From positions 224,068,001 to 224,132,000 of the forward strand of contig OZ024743.1 of assembly GCA_964016885.1 (NCBI GenBank): a DNA stretch of 64,000 nt. The letters run 5' to 3'. Shown here one piece after another: positions 12,343-26,132 of this stretch. How positions within the stretch are numbered: the stretch's first letter is position 1; each line of letters starts with the position of its first letter. Made by a program: the position numbers and the translations under genes. The DNA comes from Eledone cirrhosa (taxonomy: Eukaryota). A model generated the notes under the pieces. That model did no database searches. It was not told where the DNA came from and saw only the letters and a program-made list of their open reading frames with translations.

Positions 12343-12421
<79 letters not shown>

Positions 12422-12466
12422 CAGGGTGGATTCAGTTTGAAACTGGTTAGACCTTTACTCAATATG

Positions 12467-12542
<76 letters not shown>

Positions 12543-12715
12543 TATATACATACATATATGTATACACATACATATATATACATATATATACACACACATA
12601 CATATATATATATATACATATGTATATACATATATATATATATACATATATATAAACATATATATATGTATACATATATATAAACATATATATATATACA
12701 TATATATAAACACAC

Positions 12716-12818
<103 letters not shown>

Positions 12819-12874
12819 AATTAGCTGTTTCTTTAAAAATAGATAATAGGACAGAAAAACTTGCTAAACGTAAT

Positions 12875-14460
12875 GTGTACATCACCCTTAAAGATCATAA
12901 ACTAGACTTTATTAATCGTCCTAGTTGTAGATTAATCAACCCTGCTAAGACTAATATTGGTCTTGCCAGCAAAAAAATTTTAAATAATATAAATACACAC
13001 ATTAGAAGTAAGTCTAAATTACTCCAATGGATAAATAGCTCTTCCGTAGTACATTGGTTTAATAATATTAAAAACAAAAATAGTTCTAGATTCACCCAAT
13101 TTGACATTGTAGATTTCTACCCATCTATCACTCAGACCCTTTTAGCGAAAGCTTTAAATTTCGCTAGAGGGTTTACTAACATCTCCGATATTGAAGAGAA
13201 TGTCATCTTGCACGCTAGAAACACTCTACTCTTTAATGATAATGACACTTTGGTAAAAAATATCTAACCCAGAGAACCCATTCGATGTCTCAATGGGCTC
13301 TTACGACAGTGCTGATGTTTGTGATCTGGTCGGCCTATTCCTCCTACATACACTTAAAGAAAAATTTCCTCACCATATTTTGGGGCTTTATCGCGACGAT
13401 GGTCTAATACTTTCCCATACCACCATAGGCCATAACTTAGATAGATTAAGGAAAGACTTAATAAAAACCTTCGCTAGTTTTAATCTTAAAATTACTATTG
13501 ACACTAACCTTTCCAATGTAGATTTCCTAGATATAAACCTAGATTTGCCTACTGCTTCTTATAAACCATACCATAAACCTAATGAAAACTTAAAATATAT
13601 AAATAAAGGCTCTTGCCATCCACCTATAGTTTTTAAAAACCTTATCCCTAATATTAGCCGTAGGATCTCCACCCTCTCTTCCTCAGAAGCTATTTTTAAT
13701 AAGGCATCCCCCTACTATAATAAAGCCCTCCAAAATAGCGGTTTTAGCGAACCGATTAAATACATACCCAACTATACTAACTCTATTAAACATAAAAACA
13801 GGAAAAGAAAAATAATCTGGTTCACACCCCCCTACTCTCTAGCAGTTAAAACTAATGTAGGCAAAAAATTCCTAGAGCTCCTAAATAAACATTTCCCTAG
13901 AACACATAGATACTATAAGATCTTTAACAGAAACTGTGTCAAAATTAGCTGTTCCTGCGGTCCCCCTATTAAGTCCTATATCATCAACAAAATATCACCT
14001 AGAGAAAATCAAACTTGCTCCTGTAGAATCAAAAGTGAATGCCCATTACAAGGTAAATGCAACACCAAAGCCATTGTATATGCGGCTAAAGTGACAACCA
14101 TCAGCAACAACCATCCAGCCACCAGTGAACGATATGTGGGTATGACGCAAGACAAATTCAAAACGCGTTTTTACTCACATGTCGCATCCTTTCGACATCC
14201 AGAAAAAAGATTTACAACAACTCTGGCTTGCAGAATTTGGGATTTGAAAGACCAAGGCATCCAATATAAATTAGATTGGTCAATTTTGAACCAATCTAAA
14301 GAATATGCTAGAGGAACAAGAAAATGCTCTGCATAAATGAAAAATATTGGATATTGCAAAATCTAAAATCACCAAAGACCTGCCTGAACACAAAGACGGA
14401 AATTTTCACCAGTTGCCCACACATGAAATCACACCTGCTTTCCAGCTCATATAAACTTAA
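12875..14460 (+). pseudogene. PLE RT-GIY-YIG ORF with frameshifts
   Basis: CRLINPAK, QFDIVDFYPSI, MGSYD, GLYRDDGL, DFLD, CSCRIKSECPLQGKC, IVY...YVGMT..FKTRF..H; broken at ~13267 and ~14336. Confidence 0.9.
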
Positions 14461-15690
14461 CACACTTTCAGATACTTATCCTCCATAAACTCTTATTATT
14501 CTCTTTATAATTACCCTTTCTGATTTACTTTCATTTTTATCCTTATCATTAATTTCATTTATTTTTATTTTTATTTTTATTTATATATTATTATTTTATT
14601 ATTTTATAATTTTATTATTTTTTTATTTTTTTATTTTTACTTCACATCCACCAATAACCCCCCCCCCCTTTATTCTCCGATTCACTTACCTAATATATTC
14701 ACTTTCCATTTTTTACTTCCCTATTTCCTTCACTAACTGATTATACAGGTCATTTGCGTTTTACACTCAAGTTATATTTTTTTATCTTTATTTTTATTAT
14801 TTTTTTATTTTTGCGCAGCCAATCTTACAATTTTATAATTTTATATTTGTACTTACTTATCCACAAGTTTTTTACACCCTGTATCAATGTGGCTGAACGC
14901 CTTAATGTGTGTATACTTTCTATATATGTACATGAGCGACTACGTATGTGCGCGCGCGTGCGTGTATATATATATATATATATATGTATGCGTATGTGTA
15001 TGTGTCTTTATATCCGTGTTTTTTACATCTAGGTTTTATGTTTTGTTCCTTTTTTCTTCTCCCCCTTTTTTTACTTACTCATTTTTATGTGTGTGCATGC
15101 AAACAGCTCAATATGCGTGAGTGTAAGTATGTGTGTGTGTGTGTGTGTGTGTACGTATCGAACGTATGGATGTGTAAGTGTGCGTGTGTATATAAGCATG
15201 TATATTTTTGCGTTTCTTTTGTGAGATATACGTGTGTGTGTATGTATGTTTGTCTTCTTTTCTTTAATTTTTTCTTTCTAAATTATTGTTCCATTTTTAT
15301 AAATATATCGAGATTGATACTTTCCTTTAATTATTACACTCCCTTACCTCTTTTACTTCCGCATCTAAGTGTACGTGTGTGTAGGTGTGTTTATGCGCGT
15401 GCCTTCATATTCTTATGATGTATCTATTCTGTCTGTAGATTACAGACATACAGATACATTTGCCCTAAATTATATATTTACGCACACTTTTTCACTATAC
15501 GTATACATATGTGCATACACATATATGCACATCTGTGAGCGTATATACATACATATACACACACCTAACTATATTTCTTGAAAGATTATTATATATTTCA
15601 TATTCTAATTCATTTGTCTATATCTTTTTTGTTTTTTGTTCTTTTTTGCTTTTCTTGATGAGACTTTCCAAGTATTTACCCATGTTTTAT

Positions 15691-15768
15691 ATTGCCTCGT
15701 CTGACGAACGAATGAAGACGTTTCTTTCGTATTCGCCTCATTCAGGAAACCTCTGGTAATGAGGTAAT
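15691..15768 (+). ncRNA. Type I hammerhead motif at PLE 3' end
   Basis: attgcctcgt-CTGACGA-..gaatga/tcattc..-GAAAC-ctctg-GTA-atgaggtaat; 10-bp stem I. Confidence 0.8.
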
Positions 15769-16044
15769 TATATTGTATTGATTTTTATACATTATATATA
15801 TATATATATATAAAAACAATGAATAATAACAGGTAGACATCATAAAAAGGTAACTTATTCCGAGTGCTTACAAATGTTTCAACAGTAGTTATACAGCCTA
15901 GTCATGCTATGTGCAAATTGGTAATTATTTACAGAAACTCAATTTTCAAATGCTGCTTCTACCGTTTCCTCAGAGCAGAATGGTTAAAATGTAAATACCC
16001 TTGTATTTCTTAAAGGAAGTTATTGGGGAAGATAGAGTAGAAAA

Positions 16045-16118
<74 letters not shown>

Positions 16119-16315
16119 TAGGGGTTGGAGAAATGGGAGAGAGTGGTTTGAAGAATACAGATAGCTTAATCAAAATGTTGTGATAGAGGTTTTATTATAC
16201 TGTTTACTCTCAAAGTGACAACCAAGGTATTGTGTTGATATAGTCAAGTTTGGAATTATTTATTGCCACAGAGAGCAGGTTCATAGATGTGGAGAGGGAG
16301 GGAGGTATACCGATG

Positions 16316-16348
<33 letters not shown>

Positions 16349-16704
16349 AAGGGAGAGAGAGAAAGAAAGAGAGATAGAGAGGAGACAGACGAAAGCTACG
16401 AGATGGGGATACATCGAGTTCATAGTTGTAGTCTACAAATCACACTCAAGTATCCATTTATAATGATAAGCAGGGTATTGTCTTGTAGTGTGGGGGTGGG
16501 GGATATAGTTAGGAAGTAGTTATTGAGAGAAATTAGTTAGCGAGAAAGCGATGTTGTAGTCTCGGTTTCGAATGTTAAGTTATTTTATAGTGAGAGAATT
16601 TAGCCTTCAGTTAGTGGTTGCAGTATAACGATCGTTCCATTCTGTCATTTAGTAATTTGTTTTGGGATTTTAAGATATAAAAGAGTTCAAGATATAAAAG
16701 AGTT

Positions 16705-16805
16705 CAATCGTCTAACTCTGAGATTTTCAATGAACATGCTGAATACTATAATAACGCATTAAGGAATGCAGACCACCGGGATAAAATAGAATACATTGAT
16801 AAGAA
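16705..16805 (+). pseudogene. Short PLE RT-thumb remnant
   Basis: Translates SSNSEIFNEHAEYYNNALRNA..IEYI, similar to SSSEAIFNKASPYYNKALQNS..IKYI in 13293-14336. Confidence 0.55.
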
Positions 16806-17060
16806 TCTCCATAACACACATAGCTAGACACGAAATCAAAGAATATGTAACCAGGGTACAGAAATACAAGCGCACACACGCAGTACCACCAGACATCTAT
16901 TTATTAATTTGAAGAACGTCAGTATTCCGTGTGTCATAATTCTCGATTATCATTGGTTCATAGGTTTCAAACGACTCCGCCCACCTCAACGACGCCAAAC
17001 TGAAAGTAATATGCATAATGCCAATGAGGGAGTGAGAGGGGAGAGTGTGAACGCTGTGTT

Positions 17061-17741
17061 CAATAACTATTAACATGTGTGCGTGTGTATGTACGTGCGC
17101 GTATGTTTATGTGTGTGTGCATGCGTGCAGCGTTCCACAGAAAGTAAAAACTATCAACATGTGTGAGTGTGTGCGTGTGTAAGTTTGCGTACGTGTGCGC
17201 GTTTCCATGCGTGTATGTGTGTGGCGTTCCACAATCGCCACTCGGTTTATCTGTCTGTGTGCCTGTCTGTCAGTCTAAAATACACAGAGTTGTGAAGGGA
17301 GTAAATAGGGACCTTTCTTTAAATTGACGGACATCTTTTATATTTATTATTGTGTCATTTTTTTATACACTATGTATATGTGTCAGTGTAGAGACATGTG
17401 TGTGTGTGATGTGTGTGGAAATAAGAGGGGAAGGAAAGCAATAACTATTAACATGTGTGCGTGTGTATGTACGTGCGCGTATATTTATGTGTGTGTGCGT
17501 GCGTGCAGCGTTCCACAGAAAGTTAAAACTATCAACATGTGTGAGTGTGTGCGTGTGTAAGTTTGCGTGCGTGTGCGCGTTTCCATGCGTGTATGTGTGT
17601 GGCGTTCCACAATCGCCACTCGGTTTATCTGTCCGTGTGCCTGTCTGTCAGTCTAACATACACAGAGTTGTGAAGGGGGTAAATAGGGACCTTTCTTTAC
17701 ATTGACGGACATCTTTTATATTTATTATTGTGTCATTTTTT
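17061..17741. repeat. ~300-bp direct repeats (period 378) in the Helitron 5' region
   Basis: 17061-17363 vs 17439-17741 near-identical. Confidence 0.9.
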
Positions 17742-17746
17742 GACAA

Positions 17747-20700
17747 TTGCTCGAAATGAATACTGATAATAAAAGCAATTCGACTTTATCAAACAGTGAA
17801 CTACAGCGGCGACGACGTGCAGCCAGCAATGAAGAAAAACGGGCCGAACAGCGCCATCGGAACGCCGAACTTCAGAGGCGAAGACGTGCCGCCATTGAAA
17901 CACTGGAGTCAAGCAGCGACGGCGTGCTGGGATGGTTGAAGACGAACTGGCTGAGCATCATCAGCAGATGGCCGGAATTCAGCAGCAACGGCGTGCTGCG
18001 ATGGACGAAGAGGAGCTGGCTGAACAGCGCCAGCGCTATACAGAAGTTCAGAGAATGTGTCGCCAAAGTGCTCCTCATTCTAGTAAAGAGGCTAGAAGGG
18101 GAACGGATGATATTAAAAATGGATCATGGTAACCGTGTCATTTTCAGATTGGTGGACGAGCAGAGTGTCCACATTGTGGAGCATTGCTTTGGAGGCACGA
18201 AAAGACGTGAACCACAATGTGCTGTCATAAAGGAGCAGTTCAACTAGAACCCTTGCGAATGCTGGATGATGAGGAGTCACCGGAGTTTAAAATACTAAGT
18301 ATGTGGGGTGATCAAGGAGACCGAGGTAGATTACTGCGCAAATATTCGCGGCAAATTAACAATTCATTAGCTTTAGCATCGCAGAGAGTTAGTGAGATGT
18401 TTGAGAGTGGAGCATGGCAACCGAATTCAAGGCCGTTTGTATCATTGTATCGGTAATTTAGAAGTTACCCCAGGAGAGAGGCCTCGATTCGCTCAAATTC
18501 ACGTTAACGATCCAGATTATAGTGAATCGGAGGAGGATATCAGGATCGGTTGGATGAAGTTGCCGGGAAATATAACTGAACTTGAACGGCAAAGGTTAAG
18601 TGATTTGATCCGTGATTTGCAATCATGGCTTAGACAATGTAATCCTTATGTTTTGAATTTCATGTTGGTGGCTGAACTGCAAAATGTTCAGCAGCAAACA
18701 TTGGTGATTAAGGCTGACGCAGTGCCAAGGAATCAACACGAACGGCGTTATAATGCCCCTGAAGGATTTCGTGAAGTTGCTGTGTTGATGGACGTTAAGC
18801 CTGGATCAAGAGATATCGTCCTCAATCGCAGAGATGGTGGTCTCAAGACAATCAATGAGTCAAATAGGGCATACGAGTCAAATATTCCCAAAAGGTGAAA
18901 ATGGATGGAACATGTCTGTTCATTTAGATGATCATGAGAATCAGCATCAACAGGGAGGTGACAATAGACACAATAATTCGATTCGCGACTTTTACGCGTT
19001 CCATTTGAACGAGAGGAATCAACAGAGAAATGCGCTATTTCAAGCCAGCAGATTGTTCCAGGAATACTGTTGTATGGCATTCGCAAAGATTGAAAATCAA
19101 AGGCTAAATTATATAGCTACACATCAGCAACATATCAGAGCTAAATTGTATAATAATATACAGGATGCGATAACAGCCGATGATGCCAATTACAAGCAAA
19201 TTGGTCGACGCATCATTTTGCCATCGTCGTTCATCGGCGGCCCGAGATATATGAACATTCGCTATCAGGATGCAATGGCTATTGTCAGAAAGTTTGGAAA
19301 GTCAGATTTGTTTATAACGGTTACATGCAATCCTGAATGGACTGATATTAAGGATGCACTTTTGCCAAGACAACAGCCAAAGGACCGTCCTGATATTGTG
19401 GCAAGAGTATTCAAAGGATATCTGAAAAAGATAATGGATGATGTGGAAAAAGAGGGAATTTTTGGAGGTTATAGTTGCTTTTTACATACGTAATTGAATT
19501 CCAAAAAAGAGGATTGCCACATGCACATATGCTGATCATTTTACATAGAGATTGCAAATTGAGATGTGCTGAGGATGTCGACAGCATTGTGTGTGCTGAA
19601 CTGCCGGAGAATGAGGCACTACGCAACTTGGTGGCAAAGTCAATGGTGCACAACCAATGCGGAGTGGCAAATCGGAAAGCGCCTTGCATGAAAAATGGCC
19701 AATGCAGTAAGCACTTTCCGAAATCTTTTGTCACGAACACTTCCTGGAACGATGGGGATGCTCATCCCTCATACAGAAGACGGCCGCCTGCCGATGGCGG
19801 TTTGGTCGAAAATGTAAACGGTCGACAGGTTACAAATCAATGGGTTGTGCCATACAATCCATATTTGATTATGAAATATCGTTGTCATATTAATGTGGAA
19901 ATTTGTAGCTCAGTGAAAGCTTGCAAATATCTATTCAAATATGTTTACAAAGGTCATGATCGAGCAATGATCAATGTCAGGAATGAGGAAGCGAACCAAG
20001 GAGATGAAGTTGGCAGGTTCCAGGGTGTTCGCTCGATTGGATCTGCGAAGCTTGCTATAGATTGTTCGATTTTGATCTCAATGAACGCAAACCCAGCGTT
20101 CAGAAACTGACGGTTCACTTAGAGAATAGACAAATACTCTGTTTTCAGGACACTAGAAGAGGTGTCGAAAGAATTGCTAACGCACCACCTCCTAAGACGG
20201 AATTGACTGAGTGGTTCAAGCATAATAGGGAACATGCTTTGAACTCGGATCAAAGGCAGCTCTACTGCGATTTCCCTTCGCACTATACGTGGGATAAGAA
20301 GGGAAAGAAATGGAATGATAGAAAACAAAAGTTGAGATACATGACTATTGGACGGGTTTGTAATGTCCATCCAGCATCTGGTGATGTGTTTTATCTCCGA
20401 ATACTGTTGCATAGTGATTTTCGAGAGGTAAACAGAGCTTCGCTGATTTGAAAACAATCAATGGCGTGGAATATGGAACATACCAGGCTGTGTGTCAGCA
20501 TCTGGGACTCGTTCAGGATGACGCTGAATGGAATAACGCCATGGAAGCTGCAGGAACAACACAGATGCCAGCTCAAATAAGGCAGTTGTTTGTCATGATT
20601 CTAGGATTCTGCAATCCTGCCGATCCAAGAGAGTTATTTGAACGCCATTGAGGAATTATGTCTGATGATTTTAGGCATCATCTTCAGGTCGATGATGAAA

Positions 20701-22292
20701 ATTTGATGAAAGCTATTGTTTTGCTCAATATTGAGCAACTGCTTGAAGTTCATTTCAAATGTTTAACAGATTTCAATTTGCCAATTCCTGATGAAGAAAT
20801 GCGGCAACGTGTCTTAGCATTGAACATGAGATTGCAGCTTAGACGGTTGCCACTCGATCGGAGGGAACTATTCCAGTTTGATCCACTGGAACAACAACGT
20901 ATTGTGGATGAACGTATGCCAATGTTGACCCAATCTCAGAGAGAATTGGTCGATGGCGTTCTCCACTCGATTTCCACTAATGAGCAACTTTGTGCTTTCA
21001 TAGATGCAGGAGGCACCGGAAAGACGTTCTGTTTCAACACTATGTTATCGGCAGTCAGAGCTCAGAGGAAGATTGCTCTCCCTGTGGCTACCAGTGGGAT
21101 CGCTGACACTTTGCTGGGTGGTGGAAGGACCTTCCACTCATGCTTCAAGGCTCCATTGGCTCCGGATGAGTTGAGTATCTGTAACATTACAGGACAAAGT
21201 GAACTCGCGGGCCTTATACGCAATACGTCTCTGATTATTTGGGACGAGGCTCCAATGGCACTGAGATATTTGCTGGAGGCATTGGACAGAACTTTGAGAG
21301 ATAACTGCTGTAGTGACCTGCCATTCGGTGGTAAGACTATCGTTCTTGGTGGCGATTTCAGACAGTTGCTACCAGACAGTTGCACAAATTGTCGATGCAT
21401 GTCTGAAAAAGTCCCCGTTGTGGTGCCATTTCAGAGTTTTGCGATTACACGATAATATGCGACTTCGTATGTTCGGGCAAAACGAAGAGGCTGAGACATA
21501 CGGACGATGGTTGATGCAGTTGGGAAACGATTAATTGCCACACGTTGGTGATAATCAGACTGTAAGAATCCCAGACCATTTGGTCATGCCACTAGATCGC
21601 CAAGCATTGATTGACTGGGTGTTCCCTAATTTGAATGCTTTTTGGCAGAATATCTCCTGGATATTGGAACGCGTTATTCTAACTCATATGAATGCAACGG
21701 TCGATGAAATAAATTCACAAGTAGCCGGAATGTTTCCTGGAGAGGAATGGTTGACCGTCAGTGCGGATGCAATGGAGCCTAATCAGCAGAACAATATGGA
21801 TGTCCGACTGAGTATCTGAATTCACTTCAAATACCCGGATTCCCCCCCCCCCCCCCCACATATTTTGAGGTTGAAAAAGGGTATGCCGATTATATTGCTT
21901 AGAAATATCAATCATAAAATGGGTCTTTGCAATGGTACCAGATTGATTGTTGAGAGATTGATTAACAGAAGAGTTTTAGAAGCTAAATCCCAGGCAGAGA
22001 GGACTCGGTTCTCATTCCGAGGATCATGCTGAGACCAAGTGAAGATCTGCTGCCATTTATTTGGCAAAGGAGACAGTTTCCCGTCAATTTGGCCTTCTCC
22101 ATGACTGTCAACAAGGCACAGGGACAGACTTTCAAGCGAGTCGGTGTCTACTTGAATGATCCAGCATTCAGCCATGGGCAACTGTATGTTGCTGCATCTC
22201 GAGTGTGCGATCCTGATGGTATAAAATTTGCAATTGATACCACTAACAGAGGAACAACCCTGAATATTGTCTATAATGAAGCTTTGAGCTGA
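17747..22292 (+). pseudogene. Helitron Rep (HUH)-Pif1 helicase, many frameshifts and stops
   Basis: CPHCGALLW..CCHKG Zn motif; LFITVTCNPEW; VIEFQKRGLPHAHMLI; KYLFKYVYKG; GGTGKT; IIWDEAPM; FGGKTIVLGGDFRQLLP; TVNKAQGQT; FSHGQLYVAASRV. Confidence 0.95.
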
Positions 22293-22842
22293 CATATGCA
22301 TATCTTTAATGCTATCAATAAGCGACGTAAATGATTCGGACATTGGTTTCCTTTCATCTGTATTGTGAGCTTTGACAGAGTTATCATTTATGTTCAATGT
22401 CATTTATTGTCGATAATGAGCAATAAAAACCAACAAGTATTGGTAGAAATTGCCTTCAAATGTATCGCTTCTGATTGCAGTGGTAATAAAACCTCATCAT
22501 ATGCTGAGTCTGGCAAAAAGGTTGGATCCTATGGCCGGCCAAGGCTAGAGTAATATTGAAAACCGATTCTATTTTCGAAGTAGAAGGATCCGCCATTTGG
22601 AGTTCAAACCAGGCCACCTCCCCGAGTTGAACTCTGGGCAATATTGACTGTCTATTACTCAGTGGCTAAGACCTGGAAATTACTGAATACATTTTTGTCA
22701 TATAATTTGTTGTTTTATTATTATAGCTGACCACTTATAGATAAGCACGTTATCCATATCCATATTAATTTGGCATTTGTATAAACCATTTCAAGTAAAT
22801 AGGGACCTTTTTTACATTGACGGACATCTTTTATATTAATTA

Positions 22843-23201
22843 TCTATATCTATATCTACATATAATATAAAAGATTGGAACTTCCATCATCCTTTTGAGA
22901 ATCGTGGAACAACCACGTCTATGCAATGATACACGTTTTACAGTCAGGCAGAAGATGAACCATCTCCTAGAGGTCACTATTCTATGTGGGAGCACCTAGA
23001 ATTTTTCATATACTATGCACAAACCGTACAACGAAGAATCTGGTATATCTGGAAGATTTATTTTACTGTTTTTTGTATCACACAGACAACACGGACTCGC
23101 CTCATACTGTAACCAGACAAACATCCAATACAGTCATTTTCTCTTTTACCTGTCTTCTCTTATCATCTGTTTACCCGGGCGAAGCTGGGTACGTCAGCTA
23201 G
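22843..23201 (+). mobile_element. Possible short non-autonomous Helitron supplying the 3' end
   Basis: A|TCTATATCTATATCTACATATAATATAAAAG resembles a Helitron 5' end; ends in hairpin plus CTAG|T. Confidence 0.6.
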
Positions 23202-23541
23202 TACTAATAATAGAAAATCACCACCAAACTCAAATAAATTACGTTGTAGAAAGTATATCTGGTATAATCCCATTTTAATGCTTCGATTAGTACAAAACTA
23301 TCTCTTTCATTCTTTAAGTTAATTAACAAGCATTTCCCTAGTTCCCATAAATACAGTAATATTCTAAACTCTAAGACTATTAAGCTATCATACTCCACTG
23401 CACCAAACCTTGAAGCATACATAAAATAAATTAACTTAAGGCAATTATTAAACAACACCACAAAACAAAATATTCTACGGTGGATATGGCGCATGTCTCG
23501 GACATGACACCCTTAATTTAATTTAATTTAATTAATTTTGG

Positions 23542-23648
<107 letters not shown>

Positions 23649-23775
23649 AACAAAGAAAGTGTGGTAAGATACCAGGTGGACTATAACGCACCAGAGTACA
23701 CGATACTTAGGGTGGTAGAGTGGGTAATAGGAAAAGAGTCAGGACCCCGTGAGAGGGGTGATGGGGTCCTCAGGG

Positions 23776-23843
23776 GCCACTTAGCTCAATGATTAGAGCA
23801 CCTAGCCGGTATCTGGGAGATAAGGAATTCGATTCTTTGTAGC
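23776..23843 (+). pseudogene. tRNA-like sequence (pseudo-tRNA or SINE head)
   Basis: tagctcaatgattagagca D arm, cctag/ccggtat/ctggg anticodon-like arm, attcgattc B-box-like; poor acceptor stem. Confidence 0.5.
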
Positions 23844-24154
23844 AACTTTTATAAGCTATTTTATAACTAAGTTCGAAAATTCTTTGTAGCATTTCTGTGC
23901 TTGAGCACTTTCTTTTAATATACATACATATTCCATTCACAAGGCATTGGTCAAACAGAAGACACTAAGAAACTGGTTTGCCATCCAAACCTACACCATA
24001 CAGTTATTGGCCAGTGTTGGGATATGGAAATGATAGAAGTCGCCCATTGCTCCGGAGTCAGTAAAAAGTGAGACATTTTAATAGTGTGAATGACAAATCT
24101 TCTCATTTGTACCTACTCCGACATATACACACACATATAAATATATGTATATAT

Positions 24155-24195
<41 letters not shown>

Positions 24196-24499
24196 TTTAT
24201 ATGTGTGTGTGCGTGATACATATGTCTGTGTGCATGTGTGAGTGTGTATGGGTATGCGTGTGTGTATGTGTGTATTTCTAAGAAGATTCTGTAATGATTT
24301 ATTGACGTGCTAACTTTTCATGGCGAGATACATAAATGTTTAATAAAGATTTTGTATATGATTTATAATATGAAATGTAGTAGTCTAAACGTAAATATCT
24401 TCAAGATGGGTGGAAAGAAACTTCCTATTTAAAATTGTTAATAACTTTATTAATTATTGATCGATTTTCATAAAACATGTTGTGTTATAATTTTACATA

Positions 24500-24850
24500 G
24501 GCACCTGCATTGTTCATCATTGTTTGTAATCGTCTAGGTATATCCTCTAACTTCATCAGGAACTCAGGCGGTATGTTGGTCAGTCAATGTCGAATGCGTT
24601 CTTCTAACTGAGTCAGAGATTTCAGTTTTGAACTATAAACTTCAAACTTCTTCCTTCACCCACCCCCACAGGTAAAACTCGCATGGCGTTATATTATAAC
24701 TTCTTGCTGGCCATTCATGTGGATCTCGACGACCCAGCAAACGTCCTGGAAATTGGACATCAAGTCACTCACGGACATTGGGTGCAAAATGAGGAGGGGC
24801 CCCATTCTGCATGAATATGAGGTCATTGGTGTTATCCCAAGTGGTCACAG
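24500..24850 (-). pseudogene. Tc1/mariner-type DDE transposase remnant
   Basis: Minus strand reads IFMQNGAPPHFAPNVRE..FPGR..WP..FYLWGWVKEEV. Confidence 0.7.
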
Positions 24851-24859
24851 TAGACCAAA

Positions 24860-25745
24860 AATTATGATTTTGCTGTCTATTTTGTAGCCTTATTTAGTTT
24901 TGTTGAACGCTAGAGACAGCGGTATTAGTGCAATGCAAAATATCAGAGGAAAAAAAACGAATCACCTTGAAAAATACCACAGCCAAGCTTTATGCTGCTG
25001 GAATTTATAGTTCCATCATTGAGTGACAATGTTAAATTTGTATTCTATAGAGACATGTTGTATTCCAGGAAGTTTGATATTACTGGGGAAATTTTCAGAA
25101 CATTCAAAGTTTTAAAAATCGATGTGTAGGGAACACTATCAAATGCTTTTCGTAGTCAATCCAAACTTCTGTACTTGTTATGACAGTTTTCAAGAATCAT
25201 ACAGTTAATAAGAAGTTGATCTTTGCAACAACTTTTCTGCTCAATGGGGAAAAGATGATTTTCATCGATAAATTTGTAGAGTGTCTCAGTCAAGAGTGAA
25301 ATGAGAATTTTGTATGATATGGGAATGCAAGTGATTGGACGATGTCATTTTTTGAAATATTTGCTTTTGTCAATTTTGGTAAGAGATATGTTATACCTTG
25401 TGCAAACCAATCAGGAGTTTTCTCGTGGTTGTGCATAATTTCGTTACAATATTTTACCAACATATCATGGGTAGCAGAAATTTGGCACTTTATCAATGCC
25501 GGGAGATTTTCATTTGTTGGCTTTCGTTAATGTTAACTCCAGTTCTTCCATAGTTATGTCTTATCAAGTCTGCCTGTCTAAATTATTGTATGTTTCTTCA
25601 TGTTCTTTATCCATTCTGCATACTCATTATGAGATTTCTCTGTACTCCATGCTACTTTCCAAATCTTTTCAAATTCCTGAATTGAAGTTCCTTCACTTGA
25701 ATAGTCTGTGTCCCTATTTCTTTGTAAAAACTTTTTTGCCTCTGA
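24860..25745 (-). pseudogene. R4/Dong-type RT remnant
   Basis: PDWFAQGITYLLPK, KDQLLIN, WIDYEK/AFDSVP fragments. Confidence 0.7.
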
Positions 25746-25753
25746 CATAAATA

Positions 25754-25804
<51 letters not shown>

Positions 25805-25881
25805 CTCCACCACCTCCACCACCACTACTACTACTGCTGCTACTACTACTACTACAATTATTATTATTATTATTATTATTA

Positions 25882-25916
<35 letters not shown>

Positions 25917-26132
25917 GGCGACCTACGTAGGAAATCGTATTATCGTGAGCTCCGCAAAGGTTTGTTTTTTTTTTCAGTTGTTTCAAATTACCATTTATGG
26001 AAAAATTTTGTTGTTAAGTGTTTATAAGGTCACAAATATTGCTTTCGGAAAAGGACACTCAAAAAGATTGGGGACTTGAGCCCAAAATTTAAACTTTTAT
26101 AATTATCAAACAAAAGTTTTTTTGAAAAAGTC

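Larger units (their letters stand above)
16896..23201 (+). mobile_element. Helitron (decayed autonomous, probably composite)
   Basis: Candidate A|TCTAT 5' end at 16896 (uncertain); Rep/helicase remnants; 3' hairpin acccgggcgaagctgggt followed by CTAG|T at 23198-23202. Confidence 0.8.

Noticed and set aside
17747-22292. Intron-containing or stop-recoded intact Helitron gene
   Set aside because: Breaks are small frameshifts, mixed stop codons and a poly-C expansion, which fits decay
23776-23843. Functional tRNA-Thr(GGT) gene
   Set aside because: Acceptor and T arms are poor and the anticodon loop lacks U33; kept only as tRNA-like
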